Assembly (NCBI GenBank): GCA_963697895.1
Contig: OY969100.1
Span: forward strand, 1 to 64,000
Direction: 5' to 3'
DNA length: 64,000 nt
Source: an uncultured Methanomicrobiales archaeon
Lineage (GTDB): Archaea; Halobacteriota; Methanomicrobia; Methanomicrobiales; Methanospirillaceae
The position numbers and the translations under genes are program-made. Numbering within the stretch: position 1 is the stretch's first letter; every line of letters begins with the position of its first letter. The notes beneath the pieces are model-generated. The model was not told the origin of the DNA and ran no database searches. It saw only the letters and a program-made list of their open reading frames with translations. Below, in pieces: positions 11,039 through 21,584 of the stretch.

Positions 11039-11463
11039 TCGCTATAGAGGCGGGAGGTACACCCGGCGATGAGGCCGGCAACGGCATCATCCAGGAATGG
11101 CCCGAGGGTCTTTAAAATGCCGGGTTTTTTCTGGTCGTACCGGGTGAATTCAAATCTCGCATAGGTGCCGCCGATGCACTCGGCGATCGCCATCCCGATG
11201 ATCTCGTCACTCAAAAGAAAGACGGGGTCATCCCGGATCTCGGAGTTCTTTCGTTTCCAGAATAGTTCGTCTTCAAGGAGGACGGCACCGAGGAGGAGGG
11301 ACGAGATGTTCGGGTCCGACAGATATTTCTCCATGCTGGCGGCGAGGACGACCCGCGCCTCGTCCTCATCCATGCCGTGAGAAACATACAGGAGCATCGC
11401 AGAATCGACCATCCCTTCGATGGTCACCCCTTTCTCCCGCAGGCGATCTTCGATCTCGAACAT
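11029..11463 (-). CDS. cobZ: Archaeal alpha-ribazole phosphatase (PgpA-like)
   Basis: DPVFLLSDEIIG, RYDQKKPG and GPFLDDAVAG motifs. Adjacent to cobS. Confidence 0.85.
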   Translation of the reverse strand: MFEIEDRLREKGVTIEGMVDSAMLLYVSHGMDEDEARVVLAASMEKYLSDPNISSLLLGAVLLEDELFWKRKNSEIRDDPVFLLSDEIIGMAIAECIGGTYARFEFTRYDQKKPGILKTLGPFLDDAVAGLIAGCTSRLYSECA

Positions 11464-11562
11464 ACCATCTCCCTATTGGGCACCCTTTGCTATTCAATGG
11501 TTCTCTCCGGATTCTCATTCGAGGATACCTTGATGCAGAGGGAGAAGAGACAGAGATGAAAG

Positions 11563-12573
11563 ATGCCCTTTGCCGACCCGGTCCCTGATCTCTCTCCGAA
11601 AAACCCTGTTTTCTGCAGTATCCTCGGAAACACCCTCCTCTCTACGGTACCGGGAGTCTCCGGGGCCGGCCCGACCCCGGACAAGACCCTGCTCACGCCG
11701 ATCCTCGACGCCGAGCTGATCACCCGGGGGAAGATCACCTCGATGCCCGTCCGCCCGGACACGCCGACCGGGTGCCCGACACCGGCGGCGATCACCCGGG
11801 CGGTGATGGAGATGACGGGGATCCCGGCGCTGTTCATCAATGCGGGACTCGCGCATACACCGACGGTTCCCTGTCTCGACCTCTACGGCCGGCCGGGTGA
11901 TGACCCGCGATACGGCGATGCGGTACCCGGTGCCGGGCACCTGATCCGCCAGGGTGAGTGGGCGGGCATATTTCTGGGCAGGTACAGCGACCTCCTCGTC
12001 CTCGGCGAGTGTGTGCCCGGGGGCACGACCACGGCCCTCTGCGTTCTGCGGGCCCTGGGATACGATGCCCGGGTGAGCAGCAGTTACGTGGAAAACCCGG
12101 TCGGGATCAAGGAGGAGATCTGCAGCGAGGTCAGGGGACGTCTCACCCGCGAGGGGGTGCAGGATCCGATCGGGGTGCTTCGTGCCGCCGGGGATCCGAT
12201 GATGGCGGTCGCGATGGGTATTGCACGGAGTTATCCGGGGACTCTTCTTCTTGCAGGGGGGACTCAGATGCTTGCCGTGGCCGCCCTGTTAAAAGCACAG
12301 GAGTGCCCTCTTCCCCGAATCGTTACGACCTGTTACGTCCGGGACGATCCGACCGCGAACTTTGAGAAGACCGCTGCGGCCATCGGTGCCGGCGTCACGT
12401 ACATCGATCCGGCGTTCGGGGATCTCGGACATGCGGGCCTGGCACGGTACTGCATCGGTGAGGTGAAAGAAGGGATGGGAGCAGGCGGTGCGATGTTCCT
12501 CGCCTATATCCTCGGATATTCCCCCGGGGATATCCGGCAGCGGATCCTTGATACGGTCAGTACCTACCGGTGA
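11563..12573 (+). CDS. cobT: Archaeal nicotinate-nucleotide phosphoribosyltransferase (TIGR00303 type)
   Basis: GECVPGGTTTA, LAGGTQM and VKEGMGAGG motifs. Confidence 0.9.
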   Translation: MPFADPVPDLSPKNPVFCSILGNTLLSTVPGVSGAGPTPDKTLLTPILDAELITRGKITSMPVRPDTPTGCPTPAAITRAVMEMTGIPALFINAGLAHTPTVPCLDLYGRPGDDPRYGDAVPGAGHLIRQGEWAGIFLGRYSDLLVLGECVPGGTTTALCVLRALGYDARVSSSYVENPVGIKEEICSEVRGRLTREGVQDPIGVLRAAGDPMMAVAMGIARSYPGTLLLAGGTQMLAVAALLKAQECPLPRIVTTCYVRDDPTANFEKTAAAIGAGVTYIDPAFGDLGHAGLARYCIGEVKEGMGAGGAMFLAYILGYSPGDIRQRILDTVSTYR

Positions 12574-12641
12574 TCCCGGGCGGGTCCGGGAAGATGCCGG
12601 GGACAAGAACTTCATAATCCCCCGCGCCCCATAGATATGAA

Positions 12642-13199
12642 ATGCGCCCCCTGTTCGTAGTGAACAACTTCGGCCAGTTCAATCACCTGATCCAGCGGAT
12701 GCTCCGGGACCTCGGGATCGATGTCCGGATGATCCCGAATACGACCCCTCCTGAAGAGGTGGCGGAAAAGTGCCGGGGGATCGTGCTCGGCGGGGGCCCC
12801 TCCCTCGATCGTGCGGGGAATTGCGCCGCCTATCTGAACCTCGGTCTCCCGGTGCTCGGGATCTGCCTCGGTCTCCACATCATCGCCACCGCATACGGCG
12901 GGTCGGTGAAACCGGGCAGGTCGGGCGGGTACGGTCCGGTGGAGGTGGAGATCTGCGACCATGACGATATCCTCGCCGGGTACCCGGAGAAGATCCCGGT
13001 CTGGGCATCGCACGCGGATGAGGTATCGGTTGTTCCGGCCGGGTTCCGGGTACTCGCGAGATCCGCCATTTGTGAACACGAGGCGATCGCCTGCCCCGGA
13101 AAGCACATATACGGACTCCAGTGGCATCCGGAGGTCAGTCATACCGTGGATGGCCGGATCGTCTATGAGAACTTCAACCGGATCTGCAGGGAACCGTGA
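12642..13199 (+). CDS. guaAA: GMP synthase glutamine amidotransferase subunit A
   Basis: GQFNHLI, LGICLG and QWHPEV triad motifs. Stand-alone subunit. Confidence 0.93.
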   Translation: MRPLFVVNNFGQFNHLIQRMLRDLGIDVRMIPNTTPPEEVAEKCRGIVLGGGPSLDRAGNCAAYLNLGLPVLGICLGLHIIATAYGGSVKPGRSGGYGPVEVEICDHDDILAGYPEKIPVWASHADEVSVVPAGFRVLARSAICEHEAIACPGKHIYGLQWHPEVSHTVDGRIVYENFNRICREP

Positions 13200-13203
13200 A
13201 CAG

Positions 13204-13746
13204 ATGACTTCACTTCAGGAGATCGCTGGCGCCATCCGCCGGATCGGATTCACCTGCAGAGGATGTGGTACCTGCTGTGGTCCGTCCGGGGATGATACGG
13301 GGCGTGTCCTTGTCAGCCCCCCTGAGATCCGGGCACTGCTTGCGGCCAGCGGCGACGAATGGGATGATGCGGTGGAACCGTACCCGGAATGGATCGATGG
13401 ACCGGAGGAAAGCCGGTACACACTGGCCTGGTGCCTTAAACAGGGGGAGAACGGGTGCCGTTTTCAGGCGGGCGGGCGATGCCGGATCTATTCCGCCCGC
13501 CCATGGATATGCCGCACGTACCCGTTCATGCTCGACGGGAACCGCCTCCTCGTATCAGACTGCCCGGGACTCGGGGGTCCGATCGCGGAGGAAGACGCAT
13601 ATACTCTTGCATTGATGCTTATGGATCGGCAGATTGCCGAGTTCTCGGAGGGAGAACGTTTGAAACCGCATATCGCCCATGCATGTATACCATCCGGCAC
13701 TCAGGTGGTCATCGACAGTGAAGGGGTGAAGGTGCTGCATGGCTGA
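13204..13746 (+). CDS. YkgJ-family cysteine cluster protein
   Basis: FTCRGCGTCC and CRIYSARPWICRTYPF motifs. Start placed at the ATG at 13204. Confidence 0.85.
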   Translation: MTSLQEIAGAIRRIGFTCRGCGTCCGPSGDDTGRVLVSPPEIRALLAASGDEWDDAVEPYPEWIDGPEESRYTLAWCLKQGENGCRFQAGGRCRIYSARPWICRTYPFMLDGNRLLVSDCPGLGGPIAEEDAYTLALMLMDRQIAEFSEGERLKPHIAHACIPSGTQVVIDSEGVKVLHG

Positions 13747-14938
13747 GCTCCGGATCGTCGGGACCGCCCATGTCTCCCAGAAGAGTGTCGACGAAGTACG
13801 GGTTGCGATCACGGAATTCCAGCCGGATGTCGTCGCGGTAGAGCTCGACCCCGGCCGGTACGCGGCACTCCGGAAGAAGGAGGGCGAGGGACCGTCCGTC
13901 TCCCAGGTGCTCGAGGCAAAGAACTTCAACCAGCTCCTGGTCCAGTGGGTACTCGCCTATCTGCAGCGTAAGATCGGCATGGATGTCGGGGTTGAGCCGG
14001 GTGCCGAGATGAAGGCGGCGATCGAAGAGGCGGAGCAGCGGGGGATCGCACTCGCCCTGATCGACCGGGACATCCGGATCACGCTCCGACGCTTCTGGGG
14101 TTCGCTGAATCTCTGGGAAAAGCTGAAGATGTTCTATGCGCTCGCGGTCTCGGTCACGAGTATCGGCTCCGAAGAGATCGATGTCGAAGAGCTGACCAAA
14201 AAGGACGTGATGGACGTCGCGATGGAGGAGTTCCGGAAATTCTCCCCGCACGGGGCACATGCGCTGATCGACGAGCGGGACGCGTATCTCGCGTATCAGA
14301 TCCGCACCCTGCTCGGGAATCACGAGCGGGTGCTCGCGGTTATGGGTGCAGGGCATACGGAAGGAGTAGAGCGGTACCTTGCCGCACCGGATACTCTCCC
14401 CCCGCTCGCCGACCTGACGGCAGATATAAAATCACGCCCGTGGGGACTGATATTCGGCGTGGGGGTCACCATCCTCTTTGCATTCCTTCTGGCCGCGATA
14501 GCGTTCTCGGGCGTCGGCCTCGAGGTACTGGGGCTGGCCCTCGTGTACTGGGTCCTCATCCACGGGGTGCTCACCGCTGCATTCACCCTGCTTGCCCGTG
14601 GCCATCCGCTCTCTGCACTGACCGGATTTGCGGTCTCGTGGGCGACCGCGTTGAACCCCCTGATCGCGGCCGGGTGGTTCGCGGCGATCGTCGAGGCAAA
14701 GATCCGGAAACCCACGGCGGCAGACTTCCGGCGGATCCTCGAGGCCGAAAGTTTCACCGAGATGTGGAAGATCCCCCTCTTCCGGGTTGTCATCGTCGCG
14801 GCCCTGGCAAATATCGGCAGCACCATCGGGACGGTCGTGTACTTCATCTTCATCTTCCCGATCCTCGGCATCGACCCCGGTTCCCTTATCGCAACCGGTA
14901 TCGCGAATATGTACGCCGGGGTCCAACAACTCGTATAA
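13739..14938 (+). CDS. TraB/PrgY/GumN-family protein
   Basis: VGTAHVS, VELDPGR, ERDAYLA and VMGAGH motifs plus C-terminal TMs. Confidence 0.9.
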   Translation: MAELRIVGTAHVSQKSVDEVRVAITEFQPDVVAVELDPGRYAALRKKEGEGPSVSQVLEAKNFNQLLVQWVLAYLQRKIGMDVGVEPGAEMKAAIEEAEQRGIALALIDRDIRITLRRFWGSLNLWEKLKMFYALAVSVTSIGSEEIDVEELTKKDVMDVAMEEFRKFSPHGAHALIDERDAYLAYQIRTLLGNHERVLAVMGAGHTEGVERYLAAPDTLPPLADLTADIKSRPWGLIFGVGVTILFAFLLAAIAFSGVGLEVLGLALVYWVLIHGVLTAAFTLLARGHPLSALTGFAVSWATALNPLIAAGWFAAIVEAKIRKPTAADFRRILEAESFTEMWKIPLFRVVIVAALANIGSTIGTVVYFIFIFPILGIDPGSLIATGIANMYAGVQQLV

Positions 14939-15010
14939 TAGCCTTCTTTTTCATCGTGGACAAGGATTATATAATTTCCCGCGAGTATCCCTCACTGGAA
15001 GTGAAGGTAC

Positions 15011-15997
15011 ATGACGTTTCGGGCACTTATCGCCGGCGGGGTGCTCCTCGCCGCATGTCTGATTATGGTGATGCCGGTATCGGCCGCCATCAACACCATT
15101 CCGCAGGGCGCAACCGTATTCATCGGTGAACAGGGACTCGATGTGACTGCCGCCACGGGTACTGCCCCCATGATCGCATGGTTCAGTTCCGGGACGAGCC
15201 CTGCGGTGGATGTCCCGACCAAGGTGATCAACGTGGGAAACCCGTCCAGCTTCTACATTTCGCCTTCGGACTTCGTGGGAAAAACCGGCAACTGGTACCG
15301 GTGGACCGGTGCCAACCCGGCAGGGTCTGTGGCATTTTTGGTGGAGGATCCGGCGATCACCCTGCGGGTCTTTGATCTGACCGCCAACTTCGAGATACGT
15401 CCGGGGGTCACGTGGGTTCCCACGGGAGACCAGGTCGGTTTCGGGATCGAGACCAATCTCTACGTGATGAACCAGCGCCCGGGGGTGTCGGGGGCCCCGG
15501 TCACGATCGTTGCCGAGGGACCGACGGGTGTCACCTACAGCTCCCTGATCGGGCCGCAGGGAACGTATATGTTAAACGATATCCCCGTGGGTACCTCACC
15601 GTTCAACACCGGGCCGGTCTGGAACACGGGGAACCCGGACTATCCGAAGGGGACGTACAGCTTCTATGCGAAATGCAATGCCAACCATATGGACGATAAT
15701 TACCATGCCGAGAGCGATACGGTCACGCTGCTCATGCAGTCCGTGAATCCCCTGATCACTCCGTCAACGACCGTAACGACCGTACTCACCACCCTGCCGA
15801 CGACCATGACTACCCCTCCGACATCCGTAACCACTCCGCCGACGACCATTCCGGTCACCTCGGTGCCGCCGACGACCATTCCGGTCACCTCGATGCCGAC
15901 GACGACTCCTCCGCCGACGACGACTCCCGGGTCCGGGGTGATCCCGGTCTCGGTAGCCCTCGCTGCCGGTGCCCTGCTCGTGCTGCGCAAGCGCTAA
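15011..15997 (+). CDS. Cell-surface protein (DUF3821-like) with Thr/Pro linker and PGF-CTERM-like tail
   Basis: Signal peptide, TIPQGATVFIGEQGLDV N-domain, T/P-rich linker, PGS-TM-RKR terminus. Confidence 0.75.
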   Translation: MTFRALIAGGVLLAACLIMVMPVSAAINTIPQGATVFIGEQGLDVTAATGTAPMIAWFSSGTSPAVDVPTKVINVGNPSSFYISPSDFVGKTGNWYRWTGANPAGSVAFLVEDPAITLRVFDLTANFEIRPGVTWVPTGDQVGFGIETNLYVMNQRPGVSGAPVTIVAEGPTGVTYSSLIGPQGTYMLNDIPVGTSPFNTGPVWNTGNPDYPKGTYSFYAKCNANHMDDNYHAESDTVTLLMQSVNPLITPSTTVTTVLTTLPTTMTTPPTSVTTPPTTIPVTSVPPTTIPVTSMPTTTPPPTTTPGSGVIPVSVALAAGALLVLRKR

Positions 15998-16040
15998 TAC
16001 CGGATGATACTTTTTTAACCGGAGCGGGAGACCGGATCTC

Positions 16041-16550
16041 ATGAATCTTGGAATAACCGTAATAAAAAGCCGCCACAGTGTGCGGAAATTCAAGCCGACG
16101 CCGGTTGACGCGAATGTGATCCAGGATGCCCTGGACTGCGCCCGCCTCGCACCGACGGCCCGGAACGACCAACCCTGGCTCTTCGGCGTGATTACGAAGA
16201 AAGAGACCCGCGAACAGATCGCCGCATATACAGAACACGGAGGGTTCATCGCCGATGCCCCGCTCTGTTTTGCCATCTTCGGGGAGAAGGATGCGACCTA
16301 TCATCTCGAGGACTGCTGTGCGGCAACGGAGAACCTGATCATCGCCCTGCAATCATACGGAGTCGGTTCCTGCTGGGTAGCCGGTGCACGGAAGGCATAT
16401 GCAGAACCGGTCCGGGTACTCCTCGGCGTCCCGGACCGGTACACACTCGTGTCGCTCGTGGCCGCCGGCTTCCCGATGGATATCACCTTCACAAAGAAAA
16501 AAGACCTCGATGAGGTCTCCTTCCATGAGAACTACGCTGAGGAAGGGTGA
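16041..16550 (+). CDS. Nitroreductase-family protein
   Basis: SRHSVRKF, APTARNDQPW and GVGSCWV motifs. Confidence 0.9.
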   Translation: MNLGITVIKSRHSVRKFKPTPVDANVIQDALDCARLAPTARNDQPWLFGVITKKETREQIAAYTEHGGFIADAPLCFAIFGEKDATYHLEDCCAATENLIIALQSYGVGSCWVAGARKAYAEPVRVLLGVPDRYTLVSLVAAGFPMDITFTKKKDLDEVSFHENYAEEG

Positions 16551-16684
16551 CCGGAGATCCATTCCTGAGGACGTCTTTGCCACGCGCCGCCCCGCAGGCG
16601 GCCGGGATCGATGAAATACGATCCATTCGCCTGAACACAATATTTATGAAGGTTGGCGCCTTCTGACAGGGTGAGGTGAGTCAT

Positions 16685-17065
16685 ATGCCAGCAAAGGATC
16701 TGGGCGGCATCATCTATTCGTATGATATGGCCGCAGGTGAAGCATTGGGAAAACGGGAGTCGCATACGCCGAAGATCGAGGTACCGGGAACGGTGAGACC
16801 CGATGAGGCGATATCGGTGAAGATTACGGTCGGGCCACACCCGAACACGCTCGAGCATTCGATCCGCTGGGTGCAGGTATACTTTGAGGAGGAAGGCCGG
16901 GCGTTCAACCCGATCAATCTCGCCAAAGTCTCCTTCAATCCCGGGAGCACCGACCCCGAGATCGTCTTTAAGATGAAGTTTGCGAAGAGCGGCGTGATCC
17001 ATGCGCTGGAGTACTGCAACCTTCACGGCCTCTGGTCGGGCAAAAAGGAATTGAAGGTTGGATAA
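16685..17065 (+). CDS. sor: Superoxide reductase (neelaredoxin type)
   Basis: HP..EHSIRW and YCNLHGLW iron ligands. RBS GAGGTGA upstream. Confidence 0.88.
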   Translation: MPAKDLGGIIYSYDMAAGEALGKRESHTPKIEVPGTVRPDEAISVKITVGPHPNTLEHSIRWVQVYFEEEGRAFNPINLAKVSFNPGSTDPEIVFKMKFAKSGVIHALEYCNLHGLWSGKKELKVG

Positions 17066-17090
17066 TCATATTTTTTTCCCGATTCGACCG

Positions 17091-17429
17091 ATGTCATCAG
17101 AAGCCCGTTGTATCGAGATGGATCCACATGAGTGTACGCGGTTCCTCCAGGAAAACCGTGAGCAGGGCTGCCTGGTGATCGATGTCCGGACCCCGGACGA
17201 ATATGCCGAAGGACATATCGAGGGTGCGATCAATATCGATTATTTTTCCCCGGGTTTTAAGGAAAAGATCCAGGCACTCGATCGCGGGCGGCCATACATG
17301 ATCTACTGTAAACAGGGGGTCCGGGGAGGAAAGACCCTTGAGATCATGGAGAGTTGCGGGTTTAGCCGGGTCGTCAATATACGGGGCGGGATAGTCCTCT
17401 GGCGATCGGCCGGCCTGCCGACGGTCTGA
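17091..17429 (+). CDS. Rhodanese-like domain protein
   Basis: IDVRTPDEYAEGHIEGA, YCKQG and GGI..W motifs. Start uncertain (17091 or 17118). Confidence 0.85.
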   Translation: MSSEARCIEMDPHECTRFLQENREQGCLVIDVRTPDEYAEGHIEGAINIDYFSPGFKEKIQALDRGRPYMIYCKQGVRGGKTLEIMESCGFSRVVNIRGGIVLWRSAGLPTV

Positions 17430-17495
17430 TACGCATCTCCCCGGGTTGTGTTCCAGGGTAATCTGGACCGGTATCGATCAGAGGCAGTCCGGATA

Positions 17496-18425
17496 TCAGG
17501 GGAGTGGATTCTCCTCTTCCCTGATATGGCGGATCGATTTTCCCAGGAAATAACCGACAACCGCGAAGGTTACGATCGGGGAGACCCAGACCGGAAACGG
17601 AATGCCGAAACTGTCCCCGACCATTATCATGCCGAGGAAGAGAATCGAGTACATCGCGCCGTTTTTCAGGAATACGTAGCGCTTGATCCGGTCGACATTC
17701 CTGACGGTCAGTTCCCGGACAACGAGCGCCCCGATGCCATTCCCGATCAGGATCAGCGGAACGGAGAGCGTAAAGGCAAATGCCCCGACGACCCCGTCGA
17801 TCGAGAATGTCGCATCGATCACCTCGAGGTAGAAGAGCTTGCTGATATCGGTGAGGTTTCCGCCCATCATCTTCCGTTCCTGTTCTTCGGCATTCTGGCG
17901 GAACCCGTGGACGATGAAGAAAGCGGTCGAACCCACGACCGCACCAAACGCCATCATCGGGTCCTTCTGGAGGGAAAACCAGACGATGAGCATGAGGAGG
18001 ATCGAGATGATCGCATAGAACCAGACCCCCTTGGATGCGATATAACACTCGCCTATGAGCCCGTAGTGTTTCTCCTCCAGAAAGAGCCAGTGGAGGAAGA
18101 GGAAGATCAGGAAGGTTCCCCCGCCGACGAGGAGGATCGGTGCGAAGGCCTCGATCGCGGCGATCACCTGGGGATCGCTCGAGAATGTGGCGGTGAGCGC
18201 CCCGATCGGCCCGAGCGAGGGGGTCCCTATCCAGACGATCAGCCAGGGGAGCATGAACCGGACGACCACGACGGCAAAGAGGAGGCCCCAGGTAAGGAAC
18301 CACCTCCGTGCCCATTCACCCATCGTCGAGAGCACCTCGGCATTGATGATGGCATTATCGATGCTGCTGATCGTCTCGAACAGGACCAGTCCCGCGATGA
18401 TCAGCAATGCCGAAACGATATCCAT
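17496..18425 (-). CDS. DUF475/TerC-like integral membrane protein
   Basis: SIDNAIINA and LEVIDATFSIDGVVGAFA motifs. Confidence 0.85.
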   Translation of the reverse strand: MDIVSALLIIAGLVLFETISSIDNAIINAEVLSTMGEWARRWFLTWGLLFAVVVVRFMLPWLIVWIGTPSLGPIGALTATFSSDPQVIAAIEAFAPILLVGGGTFLIFLFLHWLFLEEKHYGLIGECYIASKGVWFYAIISILLMLIVWFSLQKDPMMAFGAVVGSTAFFIVHGFRQNAEEQERKMMGGNLTDISKLFYLEVIDATFSIDGVVGAFAFTLSVPLILIGNGIGALVVRELTVRNVDRIKRYVFLKNGAMYSILFLGMIMVGDSFGIPFPVWVSPIVTFAVVGYFLGKSIRHIREEENPLP

Positions 18426-18539
18426 GCTTCTGTACCATTCTCTCCACGCGTGAGATTAATCTTCCCGGCATAAGGGTGTAAATCAGACCGGGGCTCCGGG
18501 AAGCAACCCTTAAGTCCTCGCTCCCCAGATCCCTTACCC

Positions 18540-19828
18540 ATGAAACGGCCCGTGCTGCAGGTCGCACTCGACCTCCTCGAACTGAAACGGGCGCTCACCA
18601 TTGCGGAGGAGGCGGTCGCAGGGGGCGCCGACTGGATCGAGGCAGGGACCCCCCTGATCAAGAGCGAGGGGATGGAGGCTGTCCGTTCCCTCCGGGAACG
18701 CTTCCCTGGTCACCCGATCGTTGCAGACATGAAGGTCGCCGACACCGGCACTATGGAGGTGGAGATGGCGGCGAAGGCTGGTGCATCCATCGTCTGTATT
18801 CTGGCCGATGCAGACGACTCTGTCATTCAGGAGGCAGTCCGGGCTGCTTCAGCCTTCGGCGTCAGACTTATGGCCGACCTGATCAATACCCCGGAGCCGG
18901 TCCGGCGGGCAGGGGAACTTGCCGCTCTCGGGGTCGATATTATCAATGCCCATGTCGGCATCGACCAGCAGATGATGGGGGGTTCTCCGGTCGGGCTCAT
19001 ATCAGTGCTGAAAGAATCGGTCCGGGTCCCGATCGCGGTTGCGGGCGGGCTCGATTACCGCACTGCAGCAGATGCGGTGGGCAACGGGGCGGAGATCGTC
19101 ATCGTCGGCGGTGCGATCGTTCGTTCCGGCGACGTTACGGGTGCGACGAGGCAGATCCGGGAGGCGATCGATCACCTGTCGGTACGGTCGCTGCCCCGTC
19201 AGGACCCGGACGAGGAGATCCGGGAACTCCTGACCAGGGTATCCTCCCCGAACGTGTCGGATGCGATGCACCGCGGGGGTGCGATGACCGGGGTGTTCGC
19301 GCTCGTCCGGGAGACAAAGATGGTAGGAACGGCCGTAACGGTCCAGACATTTGCGGGGGACTGGGCGAAGCCGGTCGAAGCGATCGATCTCGCCGGACCG
19401 GGCCAGGTGATCGTGATCAATAATGACGGCGGCATCCATGTCGCCCCCTGGGGGAGCTCGCCACCCTCAGTTGCCAGAAGAAGGGGATCGCCGGGGTCGT
19501 CATCGACGGAGCGGTACGGGACGTGGATGATATCCGGCGGATGGGATACCCGGTTTTCGCGCGGGGGACGGTCCCGAACGCGGGTGAACCGAAGGGATTT
19601 GGCGAGATCAACGCGGAGATCACCTGCGCCGGGCAGCGGGTCCGGCCCGGGGACTGGATCGTCGGGGACGAAAGCGGTGTCGTGGTGGTGCCGCGGGAAC
19701 GGGCGTACGAGGTGGCCCGCCGGGCGATGGAGGTGAAGAAGAACGAGGAGCGGATCCGGGAGGAGATCCGGCGGGGAAGCACCCTCTCCCAGGTCTCGGA
19801 ACTGATCCGGTGGGAGAAGCGTCCCTAG
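18540..19828 (+). CDS. 3-hexulose-6-phosphate synthase fused to RraA-like domain, frameshifted at 19450-19454
   Basis: [15 protein letters not shown] and ADMKVAD HPS motifs. The RraA domain continues in ORF 19523..19828. One extra G restores PWGELA. Confidence 0.85.
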
Positions 19829-20283
19829 ATAAAAAAAGAAACGGGGATCACTGGAAGGTGGCAGGCTTCGATCAGGTCGGCATGCACGGATCGGAGGCGG
19901 GTAATCGCTTCCGGCACGTTATCGACCCGGAGGATCAGGACTGCCCCTTCCTTCCCGCTGTACGCATAGGAATACTCGATATTGATGTTGTTCTCCCCGA
20001 GGAGTTTCGCGATCTCGTAGAGGCCACCCGGCTCGTCCCGCATCCGCACGGCGATCACATCGGTGAAGGCCACGTTGAATCCGAGGGCGGTGAGTTTCTG
20101 ATATGCCTTGTCCGGATGGTCCACGAGCGCCCGGACGACGCCGAAGCCCTCGGCCTCGGCGATCGAGAAGGCGAGTATGTTGACCTGCTCCTCCTCGAGG
20201 GCGTGTGCGATGGCGGCAAGCCGCCCCGGCCGGTTCTCCGAGAATACCGATATCTGCTTGATGACAAATCTTTTCTGCTCCAT
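19825..20283 (-). CDS. ACT-domain protein
   Basis: [13 protein letters not shown] and DEPGGL...NIEYSYA (two ACT repeats). Downstream of the paaK genes. Confidence 0.88.
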   Translation of the reverse strand: MEQKRFVIKQISVFSENRPGRLAAIAHALEEEQVNILAFSIAEAEGFGVVRALVDHPDKAYQKLTALGFNVAFTDVIAVRMRDEPGGLYEIAKLLGENNINIEYSYAYSGKEGAVLILRVDNVPEAITRLRSVHADLIEACHLPVIPVSFFI

Positions 20284-21584
20284 TATATCTTCCTCCTGTC
20301 GATCACCCGCTTTGATTTCCCCTCGAACCGGGGCAGGGAGCCCGGCTCAACGAGCTCGACATTGACCGCAATATTGAGGGAATTCCGGAGGCGGTGCTCG
20401 ATCTTCTTCCGGATCTGCATGAGGTCGGTGATCTTGTCCGAGAATGACTCCTTCCGCACCTCGACCTGGACCAGCATATCGTCCAGGGCGCCGCGACGGT
20501 CGACGATGATCTGAAAGTGCTCGCCCACCTCAGGGATCTCCATCAGGGCGTACTCGATCTGGGACGGGAAGACGTTGATCCCCCGGATGATCAGCATATC
20601 ATCGACCCGTCCCTGGATCCGCCGGATACGCGGGTGAGTGCGCCCGCAGGCGCAGACGGAATCGTCCATGACGGATATATCCCCGATCCGGTATCGGATC
20701 ATCGGGAGCGCCTCTTTCTGCAACATCGTGATGCAGAGTTCCCCCCGCTCCCCGGGGCCGACCGGCTCGCCGGTCGCGAGGTCGAGTACCTCGACCAGCG
20801 CGAGGTCTCCCCATACATGGAACCCCTGCTGCTCGGTGCATTCGCAGAACATCGGACCGGAGAGCTCGCTCGTGCCATAGATATCATAGGCACGGATCCC
20901 GAGCCAGTCCTGGATCCGGGATCGCATCTGCTCCGACCAGGGCTCTGCTCCAAGGATTCCCGCCCGGAGGCAGGTATCCTTTTTGATGCTTACTCCCATC
21001 TTTTCCGCCACTTCACCCATATGAAGAAGATAGGAGGGGGTGCAGGCGATCGCGGTCGCCCGCAGGTCCTGCATCAGTTCAATCTGCCGTTCCGTGTTTC
21101 CCACGCTCGTCGGGAGGACGGTCGCCCCGATCCGTTCCGCGCCGTAATGGAGGCCGAGCCCCCCGGTGAAGAGGCCGTACCCGTAGCTCACCTGCATTAC
21201 GTCGCCTCGCCCGATTCCGCACGAGGTCAGGCCCCGGGCAAGGGATGCGGTCCAGTTCTCCAGGTCGTTGCGGGTATACCCGACGACGGTGGGTTTTCCG
21301 GTCGTCCCGGAGGATACGTGGTACCGGACGAGGTCGTCGCGGGATGCCGTGAATATCCGGTCGGGGTAGTTGTCCCGCAGGTCACGCTTGTACATGAAGG
21401 GGAGTTTTCTGATGTCGTCGAGTTCCCGGATATCATCCGGATGCACTCCGGCCTCCTTCATCCGGTCGTGATAGAACGGCGAGAAGCTGTACAGGCGGTA
21501 TACCAGGGTCTTCAGGAGACGATACTGTAATCCCCGGAGCTCGTCCGGGGGCATCCCCTCCATCCGCGGGTCCCATCGCATCAT
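20283..21584 (-). CDS. paaK: Phenylacetate-CoA ligase family protein
   Basis: SSGTTGKP, YGTSE, RYRIGD and GRVDDMLIIRGINVFP motifs. Confidence 0.88.
   Translation of the reverse strand: MMRWDPRMEGMPPDELRGLQYRLLKTLVYRLYSFSPFYHDRMKEAGVHPDDIRELDDIRKLPFMYKRDLRDNYPDRIFTASRDDLVRYHVSSGTTGKPTVVGYTRNDLENWTASLARGLTSCGIGRGDVMQVSYGYGLFTGGLGLHYGAERIGATVLPTSVGNTERQIELMQDLRATAIACTPSYLLHMGEVAEKMGVSIKKDTCLRAGILGAEPWSEQMRSRIQDWLGIRAYDIYGTSELSGPMFCECTEQQGFHVWGDLALVEVLDLATGEPVGPGERGELCITMLQKEALPMIRYRIGDISVMDDSVCACGRTHPRIRRIQGRVDDMLIIRGINVFPSQIEYALMEIPEVGEHFQIIVDRRGALDDMLVQVEVRKESFSDKITDLMQIRKKIEHRLRNSLNIAVNVELVEPGSLPRFEGKSKRVIDRRKI

Noticed and set aside
15760-15930. Short repeats encoding PPTTIPVTS
   Set aside because: Ordinary Thr/Pro linker of an archaeal surface glycoprotein.
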